DNA from: Minisyncoccia bacterium | GTDB taxonomy: Bacteria > Patescibacteriota > Minisyncoccia > Phycocordibacterales > Zambryskibacteraceae | Length of the DNA: 50,135 bases | Reading direction: 5' to 3' | Assembly (NCBI GenBank): GCA_041742965.1 | Contig: JBGTNQ010000002.1 | Location: forward strand, 1 to 50,135 | Part shown: one piece after another, positions 27,168 through 36,003 of the stretch | Position numbering within the stretch: position 1 is the stretch's first letter | Layout of the letters: every line of letters begins with the position of its first letter | Translations under genes and position numbers: made by a program | The notes under the pieces: model-generated | Seen by the model: only the letters and a program-made list of their open reading frames with translations | The model's database searches: none | What the model was told of the DNA's origin: nothing

Positions 27168-27201
27168 AAGAGCGGGGTCGTTACGGACCGCTCTTTTGTT
27201 T
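27168..27201 (+). terminator. Rho-independent terminator
   Basis: aagagcgg..ccgctctt followed by ttgtttt. Confidence 0.75.
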
Positions 27202-27229
27202 TGGAAAAAGTCTGCTACGATTGCTGAAT

Positions 27230-28576
27230 ATGTATCAAAAAGAGATGTTTAGAGGTAAAAAAATTACTGTGATGGGCCTCGGGCTTTTGGGTCGTGGGGT
27301 TGGTGATGTTTTATTTCTTGCGGAAGAAGGGGCAGATCTCATTGTTACGGATTTAAAAAGTAAAAAAGAGCTCAAAGAAAGTTTAGATAAACTCAAGAAA
27401 TATAAAAATATTTGTTACAGGCTTGGAAAGCACGACTTGAAAGATTTTGAGGGTAGAGATTTTATATTGAAATCAGCAGGGGTCCCCAAAGATTCCCCTT
27501 TTATAAAACACGCCCAAAAATCTAACACTCCTGTTTTTATGAGTACGGCTCTTTTCTCTATTCTCACTCCAGCAACGGTTATAGGTTTTACTGGTACTCG
27601 TGGCAAGACCACTGTGACCCATATGGTTTATGAAATTTTAAAATCTAGATATGCCAAATCAAAAAACAAAGTTTTCTTAGGTGGCAATATTCGGGGAATA
27701 GCTACATTACCTTTTATTAAAAAAACCCGAAAGGGAGATATGGTGGTATTGGAATTGGATTCTTGGCAACTTCAAGGATTTGGTGACTTGAAAATAAGCC
27801 CTAAGGTATCAGCATTCACCACATTTATGCCAGATCACCTAAATTATTATAAAGGTGATTTGAAATCTTACTTTTCTGATAAAGCTAATATATTTAGGTT
27901 TCAGAACAAGGGAGATATTTTTGTGGCTGGAGAGCAACTCTGCACACTCCCTTCCTATTTCACCAAACTTCTTCCAAAAGACACGCACTTCATATCCGAG
28001 AGAGCGTTGCCCAAAAGAATAAAATTAAAAATACCTGGTGAACATAATCGGTACAATGCCGCCATCGCTTTTTCTATCGCCAGATCTCTTAAGATTGGAG
28101 TGGGTATCATAAGTAAGGCTCTAGAGGGCTTTAGTGGGGTTCCTGGTCGCTTAGAATATCTAAAGACATACAAAGGAATAAAAATTTATAACGATACAAC
28201 ATCTACAACGCCAGAAGCTTTATTGGTGGCGTTGGAAGCTTTGGGTACAGAAAAAAATATATCTTTAATTATGGGTGGTTCTGAAAAAAATTTGGATCTG
28301 TCTATCCTACCGGAAGCTTTAAGAAAATATTGTATTCATATCGCCCTCCTCAAGGGCACGGGTACTGAGCGCCTTCTAAAAGAAAAAATAATTCCATCAA
28401 ACATTCCATATTCTCTTCACGGCTCTTTGAAAGATGCTTGTAAAAAGTCTTTCAAAAATGTTTCAAGTGGCGGCGTGGTCCTACTTAGTCCAGGATTCGC
28501 TTCTTTCGGAATGTTTGAGAATGAATACGACAGAGGAGATCAGTTTAGAGATTTCGTGAATAAGCTAAAAGGGTAA
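27230..28576 (+). CDS. murD: UDP-N-acetylmuramoylalanine--D-glutamate ligase
   Basis: VMGLGLLGRGVG Rossmann-type N-terminus, GFTGTRGKTTVTHM P-loop, and the Mur ligase middle and C-terminal domains. I prefer the ATG at 27230 over the TTG at 27221. Confidence 0.85.
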   Translation: MYQKEMFRGKKITVMGLGLLGRGVGDVLFLAEEGADLIVTDLKSKKELKESLDKLKKYKNICYRLGKHDLKDFEGRDFILKSAGVPKDSPFIKHAQKSNTPVFMSTALFSILTPATVIGFTGTRGKTTVTHMVYEILKSRYAKSKNKVFLGGNIRGIATLPFIKKTRKGDMVVLELDSWQLQGFGDLKISPKVSAFTTFMPDHLNYYKGDLKSYFSDKANIFRFQNKGDIFVAGEQLCTLPSYFTKLLPKDTHFISERALPKRIKLKIPGEHNRYNAAIAFSIARSLKIGVGIISKALEGFSGVPGRLEYLKTYKGIKIYNDTTSTTPEALLVALEALGTEKNISLIMGGSEKNLDLSILPEALRKYCIHIALLKGTGTERLLKEKIIPSNIPYSLHGSLKDACKKSFKNVSSGGVVLLSPGFASFGMFENEYDRGDQFRDFVNKLKG

Positions 28577-28602
28577 AGCCGCCTCTTTCGAGGCGGCTTC
28601 TT
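28576..28602. terminator. Bidirectional terminator hairpin shared by murD and the convergent small gene
   Basis: aagccgcctc-tttc-gaggcggctt. Confidence 0.75.
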
Positions 28603-28614
28603 GTGCTGGTTGTG

Positions 28615-28806
28615 TTAACGCCCTCGGCTCGGGAACATGAGCTCCCTGATTGCCCTGTCGAGTTCGGGTGGGAATCCTGGAGTTCCCAAGAACTCTTCCA
28701 GATAGTCTGGAGTCATTTCCAGTATTTCTGGAAGAAGTTCTCCTCGCTCGAGCCAATAGACCAAGACCTTCTGGTCCAAGTTGCTTCCTAGAGTATTTCC
28801 AAGCAT
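28615..28806 (-). CDS. GC-rich hypothetical protein (63 aa)
   Basis: SD caaaggaggtaatATG on the minus strand. Translation: MLGNTLGSNLDQKVLVYWLERGELLPEILEMTPDYLEEFLGTPGFPPELDRAIRELMFPSRGR. Confidence 0.5.
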   Translation of the reverse strand: MLGNTLGSNLDQKVLVYWLERGELLPEILEMTPDYLEEFLGTPGFPPELDRAIRELMFPSRGR

Positions 28807-29024
28807 ATTACCTCCTTTGTGCGGGTTCTGGTCACATCCTATATTCTTTTTCGTGACTGTCAAATGAAATGAATTTCGTTATAATATAGGAGAAATATGT
28901 CCCGTTAGAAACCGCGGTCTCGGTTCCATATAAAAACTGTACAATACACACATGAAACAAGGTCGAAATATTTACCAAAATTATTTTACACAGATCGCAC
29001 TGACCGCGACCTGTTTCTAATGGG

Positions 29025-30788
29025 ATGTACGATTCTGAAAAAATCACATACTTTGCTGAAACCGATTCACGGAATAAGAGGGTCAAGTTTGGTATTAAAG
29101 CAAAAGATCGAACCAAGCACATGTATGTCATTGGAAAGACAGGCATGGGTAAATCTACTTTGCTCGAAAATCTAGCTATCCAAGACATTCAGAATGGTGA
29201 AGGTTTGGCTTTCATAGATCCACACGGTGGCACAGCAGAAAAACTCCTAGAATATGTTCCCGAAGAGCGAATCAAAGATGTTCTTTATTTCGCGCCATTT
29301 GATGTAGATTTCCCGATTTCTTTCAATGTAATGGAAGATATTGGCGTTGATAAAAGGCACTTGGTGGTGAATGGTCTAATGAGTGCTTTTACCAAACTTT
29401 TCGGTGAGGAAAGTTTCTCTGATCGTATGCAATATATTTTGCAAAACACTATACTCGCATTGTTGGAATATCCTGGAGCAACTATGCTCGGTATTAACAA
29501 AATGTTGGTGGACAAAACATATCGAAATAAGGTTATTGCAAACATCAGTGACCCTTCTGTTAAAACATATTGGACCAAAGAATACGCTGGATACACTGAG
29601 CGATTTGCAGCTGAAGCAATTCCGGCAATTCAAAACAAGATTGGTCAGTTCACATCAAACCCACTTGTCAGAAACCTTATTGGCCAACCAAAATCTACAT
29701 TTGATATTCGTAAACTAATGGACGAGAAGAAGATACTCATCGTCAACCTATCAAAAGGTAAGGTGGGAGAGGGCAATGCCAATCTTATCGGTAGTATGCT
29801 CGTGACGAAAATATATCTAGCTTCAATGTCTAGGGCAGACTCTTCACCAAAAGAGCTTGAGTCTTTACCAAACTTTTATTTATATGTTGACGAGTTTCAG
29901 TCTTTTGCGAATAAATCATTTGCAGATATTTTGTCTGAAGCGAGAAAGTATAAACTTAATCTAACTATTGCACACCAATACATAGAACAAATGGAGGAAG
30001 AGGTGAGAGATGCGGTGTTTGGAAACGCCGGAACCATGATTACATTTAGGGTCGGAGCTTTTGATGCAGAGGTTTTGGAAAAAGAGTTCGCTCCGACTTT
30101 TACAGCAGAGGACTTGGTAAATCTCGGAAAATATCAGGTATATCTAAAACTTATGATTGATGGAGCAAGCTCCCAACCTTTCTCTGCTGTGGCCATGCCT
30201 CCGATAGAAAGACCCGAAACATCTAACAGAGATGAAGTTGTTCGTACCTCTAGGGCTCAGTTTGCCAGACCTCGTGCGGTGGTAGAGAAAGAAATTACTG
30301 AGTGGCATGAGGAAGGTAATACTGGTAACAATAGCGAATCTTCAAGTGGCGCTAACAAATATAATTCAAATAGAGATGAGAAGAGAAGTGACGGTGGGGG
30401 AGATTCACGGCGCGAAAAGAAGGATCTTGAAAAACATAAAAAAACAATCTTTGAAGATTTGATGGCAGAAGAGCGCAAAAAAGATAACAGGGTTTTAGAG
30501 AAACCGGTTTCTTTAGAAAAGGTAGCTTCAAACAATGCTGTCCAAAAAAATAAAAATCCAAGTGCCAACCATGTGTCAGAACTCCGCAGGGCTTTAGAAA
30601 GCTTGGTAAAAAAACCGGTGGCACAAAACCATTCTCAAAATAATAGCAACACCCATTCATCCCACCCAAATAATTTCGGAAAAAATATTCCTGATAGAAA
30701 ACCAGAAGAAAAAGAAAAACCACGAAGACCAAAAAACGAAATACCAGAGGACGAACTCCTAAAGCTTCTCAAAGTAGACGATGAATAA
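29025..30788 (+). CDS. VirD4/TraG/TrwB-like P-loop ATPase (type IV coupling-protein-like) with a low-complexity Lys/Glu/Asn-rich tail
   Basis: Walker A VIGKTGMGKSTLLENL and Walker B-like FYLYVDEFQSF. About 170 C-terminal residues are low-complexity. Confidence 0.65.
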   Translation: MYDSEKITYFAETDSRNKRVKFGIKAKDRTKHMYVIGKTGMGKSTLLENLAIQDIQNGEGLAFIDPHGGTAEKLLEYVPEERIKDVLYFAPFDVDFPISFNVMEDIGVDKRHLVVNGLMSAFTKLFGEESFSDRMQYILQNTILALLEYPGATMLGINKMLVDKTYRNKVIANISDPSVKTYWTKEYAGYTERFAAEAIPAIQNKIGQFTSNPLVRNLIGQPKSTFDIRKLMDEKKILIVNLSKGKVGEGNANLIGSMLVTKIYLASMSRADSSPKELESLPNFYLYVDEFQSFANKSFADILSEARKYKLNLTIAHQYIEQMEEEVRDAVFGNAGTMITFRVGAFDAEVLEKEFAPTFTAEDLVNLGKYQVYLKLMIDGASSQPFSAVAMPPIERPETSNRDEVVRTSRAQFARPRAVVEKEITEWHEEGNTGNNSESSSGANKYNSNRDEKRSDGGGDSRREKKDLEKHKKTIFEDLMAEERKKDNRVLEKPVSLEKVASNNAVQKNKNPSANHVSELRRALESLVKKPVAQNHSQNNSNTHSSHPNNFGKNIPDRKPEEKEKPRRPKNEIPEDELLKLLKVDDE

Positions 30789-30799
30789 AACCAAAAAAA

Positions 30800-30839
30800 C
30801 ATTCCAACCCTGTCGTTCGCGAGCGACAGGGTTGGAATG
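30800..30839. terminator. 40-nt near-perfect palindrome (terminator candidate) containing the repeated GTCGTTCGCGAGCGAC core
   Basis: cattccaaccctgtcgttcgcgagcgacagggttggaatg. Confidence 0.7.
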
Positions 30840-30895
30840 TTATTATGGAGTGGGTGTGTTGTGGGGAGGGAGAGGAGGTGGTAGATTCATAAAAT

Positions 30896-32047
30896 ATGAA
30901 GCGAGTACTCATTTTTTCAACAGCATATTTCCCCTTTGTCGGAGGGGCAGAAGTGGCTGTGAGAGAGATAACCGATCGGCTAGGTAGTGAGTATGAATTT
31001 GATCTGATTACCGCGAAAATGAAGCCCGGTCTGGCTTCAAAAGAGCGTATTGGTAATGCGACGGTGTATCGACTAGGTTTGGGGATTTCGAGTCTAGACA
31101 AGGCCATTTTACCCATTTGGGGGGCATTTAAGGCTCTAAGACTCAATAGGAGGCAAAATTATGAGTATTTTTGGGGAATTATGGTCACTTTTGCTAGTTT
31201 GGCGGGCTATATTGCAAACGGTATTTTGGGTGTTTTTGGAAAGAGAAAAATTATGATTCTTACTTTGCAGGAAGGTGATTCAGAAGAGCATTTAAAGCAA
31301 AGTAGAGGTGGGCTTATAAATTTTTCTTGGAAGTTTGCCATTAAGCGCACAGACGTTTTAACTGCCATAAGTAACTATCTTTTATACAGAGGAAAAAGTT
31401 TTGGATTTAGTGGTGAGAGTTATTTGATACCGAACGGGGTAGATGGGAAAAGTTTTGAGTTTGAAGTTTTTAGTGGGGAGCAAAGGATAGAGATGCGCGA
31501 GAAGCTTGGGCTAACTGAACAAGATATTGTGCTGGTGACAACATCACGACTGGTAGAAAAAAACGGAGTTGGAGATGTGTTGGAGGCACTTACTTTTTTG
31601 CCAGAAAATATAAAGTTTTTGATCATAGGTTCTGGTTCTTTGGAAGCAAGCTTAAAACTAAAAACCAATAACTTACAACTTGGAGGCAGGGTAATATTTT
31701 TGGGACTCATACCACCGAAAGACATTCCAAAATATTTAAAAATCTCAGATATCTTCATACGCCCGTCCTTATCTGAAGGAATGGGAAATTCTTTTATAGA
31801 AGCAATGGCTTCTGGTATTCCAGTGATAGCTACGAGCGTTGGTGGTATACCAGATTTTCTGACAGACGAAGTCACGGGGCTTTTTTGTGAAGTCAGGAAT
31901 CCAGAAAGTATTGCTGAGCAGGTGAAAAAGTATCTTGAAAACCCAGCGCTACGTGCGCAGATTGTTATACAAGCCGAAAATATGGTCAAGGAAAAGTATG
32001 ATTGGAATACCATTGTCGAAATGATGAAAGAAAAGGTAGTACAATAG
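30896..32047 (+). CDS. GT4-family glycosyltransferase
   Basis: 383 aa with IRPSLSEGMGNSFIEAMASGIPVIATSVGGIPD. Confidence 0.8.
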   Translation: MKRVLIFSTAYFPFVGGAEVAVREITDRLGSEYEFDLITAKMKPGLASKERIGNATVYRLGLGISSLDKAILPIWGAFKALRLNRRQNYEYFWGIMVTFASLAGYIANGILGVFGKRKIMILTLQEGDSEEHLKQSRGGLINFSWKFAIKRTDVLTAISNYLLYRGKSFGFSGESYLIPNGVDGKSFEFEVFSGEQRIEMREKLGLTEQDIVLVTTSRLVEKNGVGDVLEALTFLPENIKFLIIGSGSLEASLKLKTNNLQLGGRVIFLGLIPPKDIPKYLKISDIFIRPSLSEGMGNSFIEAMASGIPVIATSVGGIPDFLTDEVTGLFCEVRNPESIAEQVKKYLENPALRAQIVIQAENMVKEKYDWNTIVEMMKEKVVQ

Positions 32048-32065
32048 CGGAGTGACTTTTATTTA

Positions 32066-33160
32066 ATGCTTATGAAAAAAATTCTTATTGCTACAGGTAT
32101 ATATCCCCCAGAGATAGGTGGTCCTGCCACATATGCTCATTTACTCATGAAAAAACTTCCTGAATATTCAATAGAGACAGAACTTTTGATGTTTAGAGAT
32201 GTCAAAAAATTCCCCAAGATTGTTAGACATATAGTTTTCTTTTTCAAAATAATTTTTAAAGGTTTAAAGTGTGATTTAATTTTTTCACAAGATCCAGTAA
32301 GTACAGGCCTTCCTAGTGTTTTAGCCGGTAAACTTCTTGGAAAAAAAGTTGTATTAAGGATCGCAGGAGATTATGCATGGGAACAGGCTTCTCAACGTTT
32401 CGGAGTTAAGGACGATATAGACAGTTTTCAGAATAAAAAATATGGGTTTATTGTAGAACTTTTAAGGAAGGTCCAGTCGTTTTCTGTTAGAAATGCAGAT
32501 GCGGTTATAACTCCTAGTAATTATTTCAACAAGCTAGTATCTAATTGGGCAGATCGTCGTAAAAAAGTAGAGACCATTTACAATGGGATAGATTTCTCAG
32601 TTTCTTTTGAAAAAAAGCCTAAACTTGAAAAGACAATTATAACGGCAGGCAGGCTAGTTCCTTGGAAGGGTTTTGATGATCTAATCAAATTTTTAAAATA
32701 TATTCCTGAATGGAAATTGATGATAGCTGGTTCAGGGGATGATGGTCCAAGGCTCATGAGTATGGTTGAAGAAGAAGGATTGCAGGACAGGGTGATTTTT
32801 TTAGGTCATCTTTCTAGGCCAGAGCTTTTTGAATATATATATAGATCAAATATTTTTATCCTACTGTCTAAATTCGAGAGTTTTTCTTTCCAGATTGTCG
32901 AGGCTATGCATATTGGGACCCCTGTAATTGCAAATGATATAGGAAATATTTCAGAAATTATTATTCATGAGAGGAACGGTATCCTTCTCAAGGATATAAA
33001 TCCCGACAACCTTGTTTATTATATAAATCTTCTGGAAAAAGACTCTGATTTTAGCGAACGCATGATTGAAAATTCCATATTAGATTCTAAAAAGTTTAGT
33101 ATAGATAATACGGTTAAAAAATTCGTATCATTATCCAAAGAATTATTAGAAAACAAATGA
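32066..33160 (+). CDS. GT4-family glycosyltransferase
   Basis: 364 aa with LLSKFESFSFQIVEAMHIGTPVIANDIGN. An alternative ATG lies at 32072. Confidence 0.8.
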   Translation: MLMKKILIATGIYPPEIGGPATYAHLLMKKLPEYSIETELLMFRDVKKFPKIVRHIVFFFKIIFKGLKCDLIFSQDPVSTGLPSVLAGKLLGKKVVLRIAGDYAWEQASQRFGVKDDIDSFQNKKYGFIVELLRKVQSFSVRNADAVITPSNYFNKLVSNWADRRKKVETIYNGIDFSVSFEKKPKLEKTIITAGRLVPWKGFDDLIKFLKYIPEWKLMIAGSGDDGPRLMSMVEEEGLQDRVIFLGHLSRPELFEYIYRSNIFILLSKFESFSFQIVEAMHIGTPVIANDIGNISEIIIHERNGILLKDINPDNLVYYINLLEKDSDFSERMIENSILDSKKFSIDNTVKKFVSLSKELLENK

Positions 33161-34302
33161 GAGTCTTAATGATTTCAACAGACAGGAAAATTCTGAGTGG
33201 CCAGTCTGCTGTGGCCAAGCGGATGATAGAGTACGCCTCTGTTTTGGGAGAACTTCATATTGTTATTTTTGCTCTCGAACATAGAGATCTTGGTCCTAAA
33301 AAGATTGCGCCAAATGTTTGGATCTACCCGACCAATTCAAAAAGTAAATTTGGCTACATAGGAGACGCTACATATATAGGTAAACAAATATTAAAAAATG
33401 TATATTTCGGCCAGACAGTCATCACCACTCAAGATCCATTTGAGTCTGGGATTGTCGGGGTCTTCCTGAAAAGGGCTTCCAAGTTTCCACTTCAAGTTCA
33501 GCTACATACCGATGCTTGGGACAAGCACTTTATGCATCATGGAATATTAAATTGGATTAGGGTTGGCATAATAGCGCCCTTCGTCTTAAAGAGAGTTAAC
33601 GGAATGAGGGTGGTCAGTGAAAAGATAAGAAGAGACACCATTTTGCATGGCAAACTTGATCCGAAAATTGTGTCTGTGCTCCCCATATTTGTTGATGTGT
33701 TTTCTTTTGCCAATACTCCAGTTGTATTAGATTTACATAAAAAATATCCAGAGTGGAAGACTATTATTCTCATGACATCTAGGTTGACTCGAGAAAAAAA
33801 TATTCGTCTGGCATTCAAAGCTTTTCGTATGATTATAAAAAAGTATCCAGATGTTGGCTTAGTGGTCGTGGGCGACGGTCCAGAAAAGGGGAAACTGCTG
33901 TCCCTATCAAAAAGATGGAAATTAGACAGAAACGTTGCTTTTGAAGATTGGCAACATGACCTCGTTTCCTATTTCAAAACTGCTGATATTTTCCTCAACA
34001 CATCTCTATATGAGGGCTACGGTATGACCCTCATTGAAGCAGGGGCATCTGGTAGACCCATTGTGACGACTAGAGTTGGTGTGGGATATGATTTTCTTGA
34101 GGACGGTAGAAATGCACTAGTCTGCCCAGTGGGAGACGATGATTGTATATATACAAAGTTGGTAAACATTTTGGAAAACCCACTTATCCAAAATAGGTTG
34201 GGTACAGAGATCCAGAAAAATATCCTTGAAAAGGCTGTTTCAAAAGAAGAATATTTACAAAAACTAAGAGACCTCTATGTTATGTCTGGAGATAGTAGGT
34301 AG
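33157..34302 (+). CDS. GT4-family glycosyltransferase
   Basis: 381 aa with NTSLYEGYGMTLIEAGASGRPIVTTRVG. Its start overlaps the previous stop. Confidence 0.8.
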   Translation: MRVLMISTDRKILSGQSAVAKRMIEYASVLGELHIVIFALEHRDLGPKKIAPNVWIYPTNSKSKFGYIGDATYIGKQILKNVYFGQTVITTQDPFESGIVGVFLKRASKFPLQVQLHTDAWDKHFMHHGILNWIRVGIIAPFVLKRVNGMRVVSEKIRRDTILHGKLDPKIVSVLPIFVDVFSFANTPVVLDLHKKYPEWKTIILMTSRLTREKNIRLAFKAFRMIIKKYPDVGLVVVGDGPEKGKLLSLSKRWKLDRNVAFEDWQHDLVSYFKTADIFLNTSLYEGYGMTLIEAGASGRPIVTTRVGVGYDFLEDGRNALVCPVGDDDCIYTKLVNILENPLIQNRLGTEIQKNILEKAVSKEEYLQKLRDLYVMSGDSR

Positions 34303-34303
34303 A

Positions 34304-34345
34304 AGTTTTTAGTTTTTAGTTTTTAGTTGATAGTTTTAAGTTATG
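34304..34345. repeat. AGTTNNN heptad array x6 (AGTTTTT x3, AGTTGAT, AGTTTTA, AGTTATG) filling the intergenic gap and running into the next ATG
   Basis: Read directly. It looks like a C-to-T variant of the AGCTNNN family. Confidence 0.75.
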
Positions 34346-35401
34346 AAATTATTAATCATTACACAGACAGTAGATAAAAATAATCCAGTATTGGGGTTTT
34401 TTCATAGATGGATTGAGGAGTTCTCAAAAAATTTTGAAAAGATAACGGTGGTCTGTCTTGAAAAGGGGATCTATGATTTGCCTGAAAATGTAGAAGTCTA
34501 CTCTCTCGGTAAAGAAAAGCTGACAGCTAAAAGCTATAAGCTAAAAGCTTTTATAAAAATTAAATACCTATTTAATTTTTATAGACTTATATTCAAGTTT
34601 CGCAAAGAATACGATTCCGTTTTCGTGCACATGAATCAGGAGTATGTGCTTTTGGGTGGAGATATTTGGCGAGTTATGGGCAAAAAAATATATCTCTGGC
34701 GTAACCATGCAAAGGGAAATATCCTCACTCGTATTGCTGTTCTTCTGTCCCACAAAGTATTTTGTACTTCACCACAGTCATACACGGCGAAGTTTAAAAA
34801 GACTCAGTTAATGTCGGCTGGAATTGATACAGATTTCTTTAGACCAGACCCCTCTGCTCCTAAGAAAAAAAATTCAATTTTATTCTTAGGACGAATATCT
34901 CCCGTGAAGAATGTCCACGTTTTTGTAGAGTCCCTCAACAGTCTTAAAAAAGCGGGAGTTGATTTCTTTGCTACTATTGCTGGTGGTGCAACGCTAAAAG
35001 ATGTTGGTTATGAAAAGAGGATTAGAGATATGGTGCTCAGGTATGGGTTGAGTGAAAATGTTCAGTTTACTGGACCAGTAACTCAAGGGAGGGCTTTACA
35101 GCTCTATAGAGAAAATGAGCTTTATGTTAATCTTACGCCAGATGGAAGTTTTGATAAGACGATACTGGAGGCGATGTCATCAGGTGTTTCTGTGCTTATC
35201 TCAAATTCGGCCTTTCGCGAACATACCTCCGATGTTTGTTTTATGGAGAGTTACAGCCCTGAAAATATTGCCAATAATATAAAGATACTTTTGTCTCTTG
35301 AGGATAGTGAAATTGAAAGCATAAGAAAGAGATTAAGAGAATATGTTGAAAAAAACCACAGCCTAGACGTTCTTTTTGAAAGATTTTTTAAGATTTTTTA
35401 A
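34343..35401 (+). CDS. GT1/GT4-like glycosyltransferase
   Basis: 352 aa with NLTPDGSFDKTILEAMSSGVSVLISN. It carries the in-frame insertion LTAKSYKLKA. Confidence 0.75.
   Translation: MKLLIITQTVDKNNPVLGFFHRWIEEFSKNFEKITVVCLEKGIYDLPENVEVYSLGKEKLTAKSYKLKAFIKIKYLFNFYRLIFKFRKEYDSVFVHMNQEYVLLGGDIWRVMGKKIYLWRNHAKGNILTRIAVLLSHKVFCTSPQSYTAKFKKTQLMSAGIDTDFFRPDPSAPKKKNSILFLGRISPVKNVHVFVESLNSLKKAGVDFFATIAGGATLKDVGYEKRIRDMVLRYGLSENVQFTGPVTQGRALQLYRENELYVNLTPDGSFDKTILEAMSSGVSVLISNSAFREHTSDVCFMESYSPENIANNIKILLSLEDSEIESIRKRLREYVEKNHSLDVLFERFFKIF
34518..34552. repeat. AGCTNNN heptad array x5 (AGCTGAC AGCTAAA AGCTATA AGCTAAA AGCTTTT) inside the CDS
   Basis: Exact 7-nt spacing of five AGCT sites, read directly. 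Confidence 0.8.
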
Positions 35402-35421
35402 TTTTGTTAAGTATTTATTTT

Positions 35422-36003
35422 ATGAAATTTATAGATAAAAAAATAGAAGAAATTAGTAAAGGAAAATATATACTTGATGTCGGTGGTGGAGATAGATTTC
35501 AAAAATGGCTCACTCCCTACAAACATCTTTTTTCAGATTCTAATTACAAAACTTTTGACTATGATGAAAGTACTGGGGCGGACATAGTCGGGGATATACA
35601 TTCTATGCCCATAGAGAATGATTCTGTGGATGGTGTTATATGTAGTTCAGTTCTTGAACATGTTCAAAATCCAATACTAGCTCTATCTGAAATGAAACGA
35701 ATTTTAAAACCCGGAGGCAAGATATTTATATATGTTCCATCAATATACCCTTACCACGCAAGAAAAGGTCATTATCCAGACTACTGGCGTTTTTTTGATG
35801 ATACTTTGGAGATGCTATTTAAAGATTGGTCTAGTTTCGAAATACATAAAGTCGGTGGTTATTTCAAAGCTCTGTTTTTCTTTATTCCCATGCAACACAA
35901 AATACGTTTTATACTAGACCCAATCTCGGCATTTTTGGACAGATTATTTAAGACCAGCAAAAGAACAACAACTTCTGGGTACTATGTCTATGCGATTAAG
36001 TAA
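35422..36003 (+). CDS. Class I SAM-dependent methyltransferase (type 11)
   Basis: ILDVGGGD motif I and VICSSVLEHV...LKPGGKIFIYVP. I prefer the ATG at 35422 over the TTG at 35404. Confidence 0.75.
   Translation: MKFIDKKIEEISKGKYILDVGGGDRFQKWLTPYKHLFSDSNYKTFDYDESTGADIVGDIHSMPIENDSVDGVICSSVLEHVQNPILALSEMKRILKPGGKIFIYVPSIYPYHARKGHYPDYWRFFDDTLEMLFKDWSSFEIHKVGGYFKALFFFIPMQHKIRFILDPISAFLDRLFKTSKRTTTSGYYVYAIK

Noticed and set aside
28832-29188. A 118-aa minus-strand ORF overlapping the start of the VirD4-like gene.
   Set aside because: It is antisense to a strongly supported CDS and extends across the intergenic promoter region.
31649-31683. An AGCTTAA AACTAAA AACCAAT AACTTAC AACTTGG heptad-like run inside the GT4 gene 30896-32047.
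   Set aside because: The encoded segment (LEASLKLKTNNLQLGG) has the normal length of the linker between the GxG motif and the RVxFxG motif in GT4 enzymes. There is therefore no evidence of an insertion. It is possibly coincidental periodicity.
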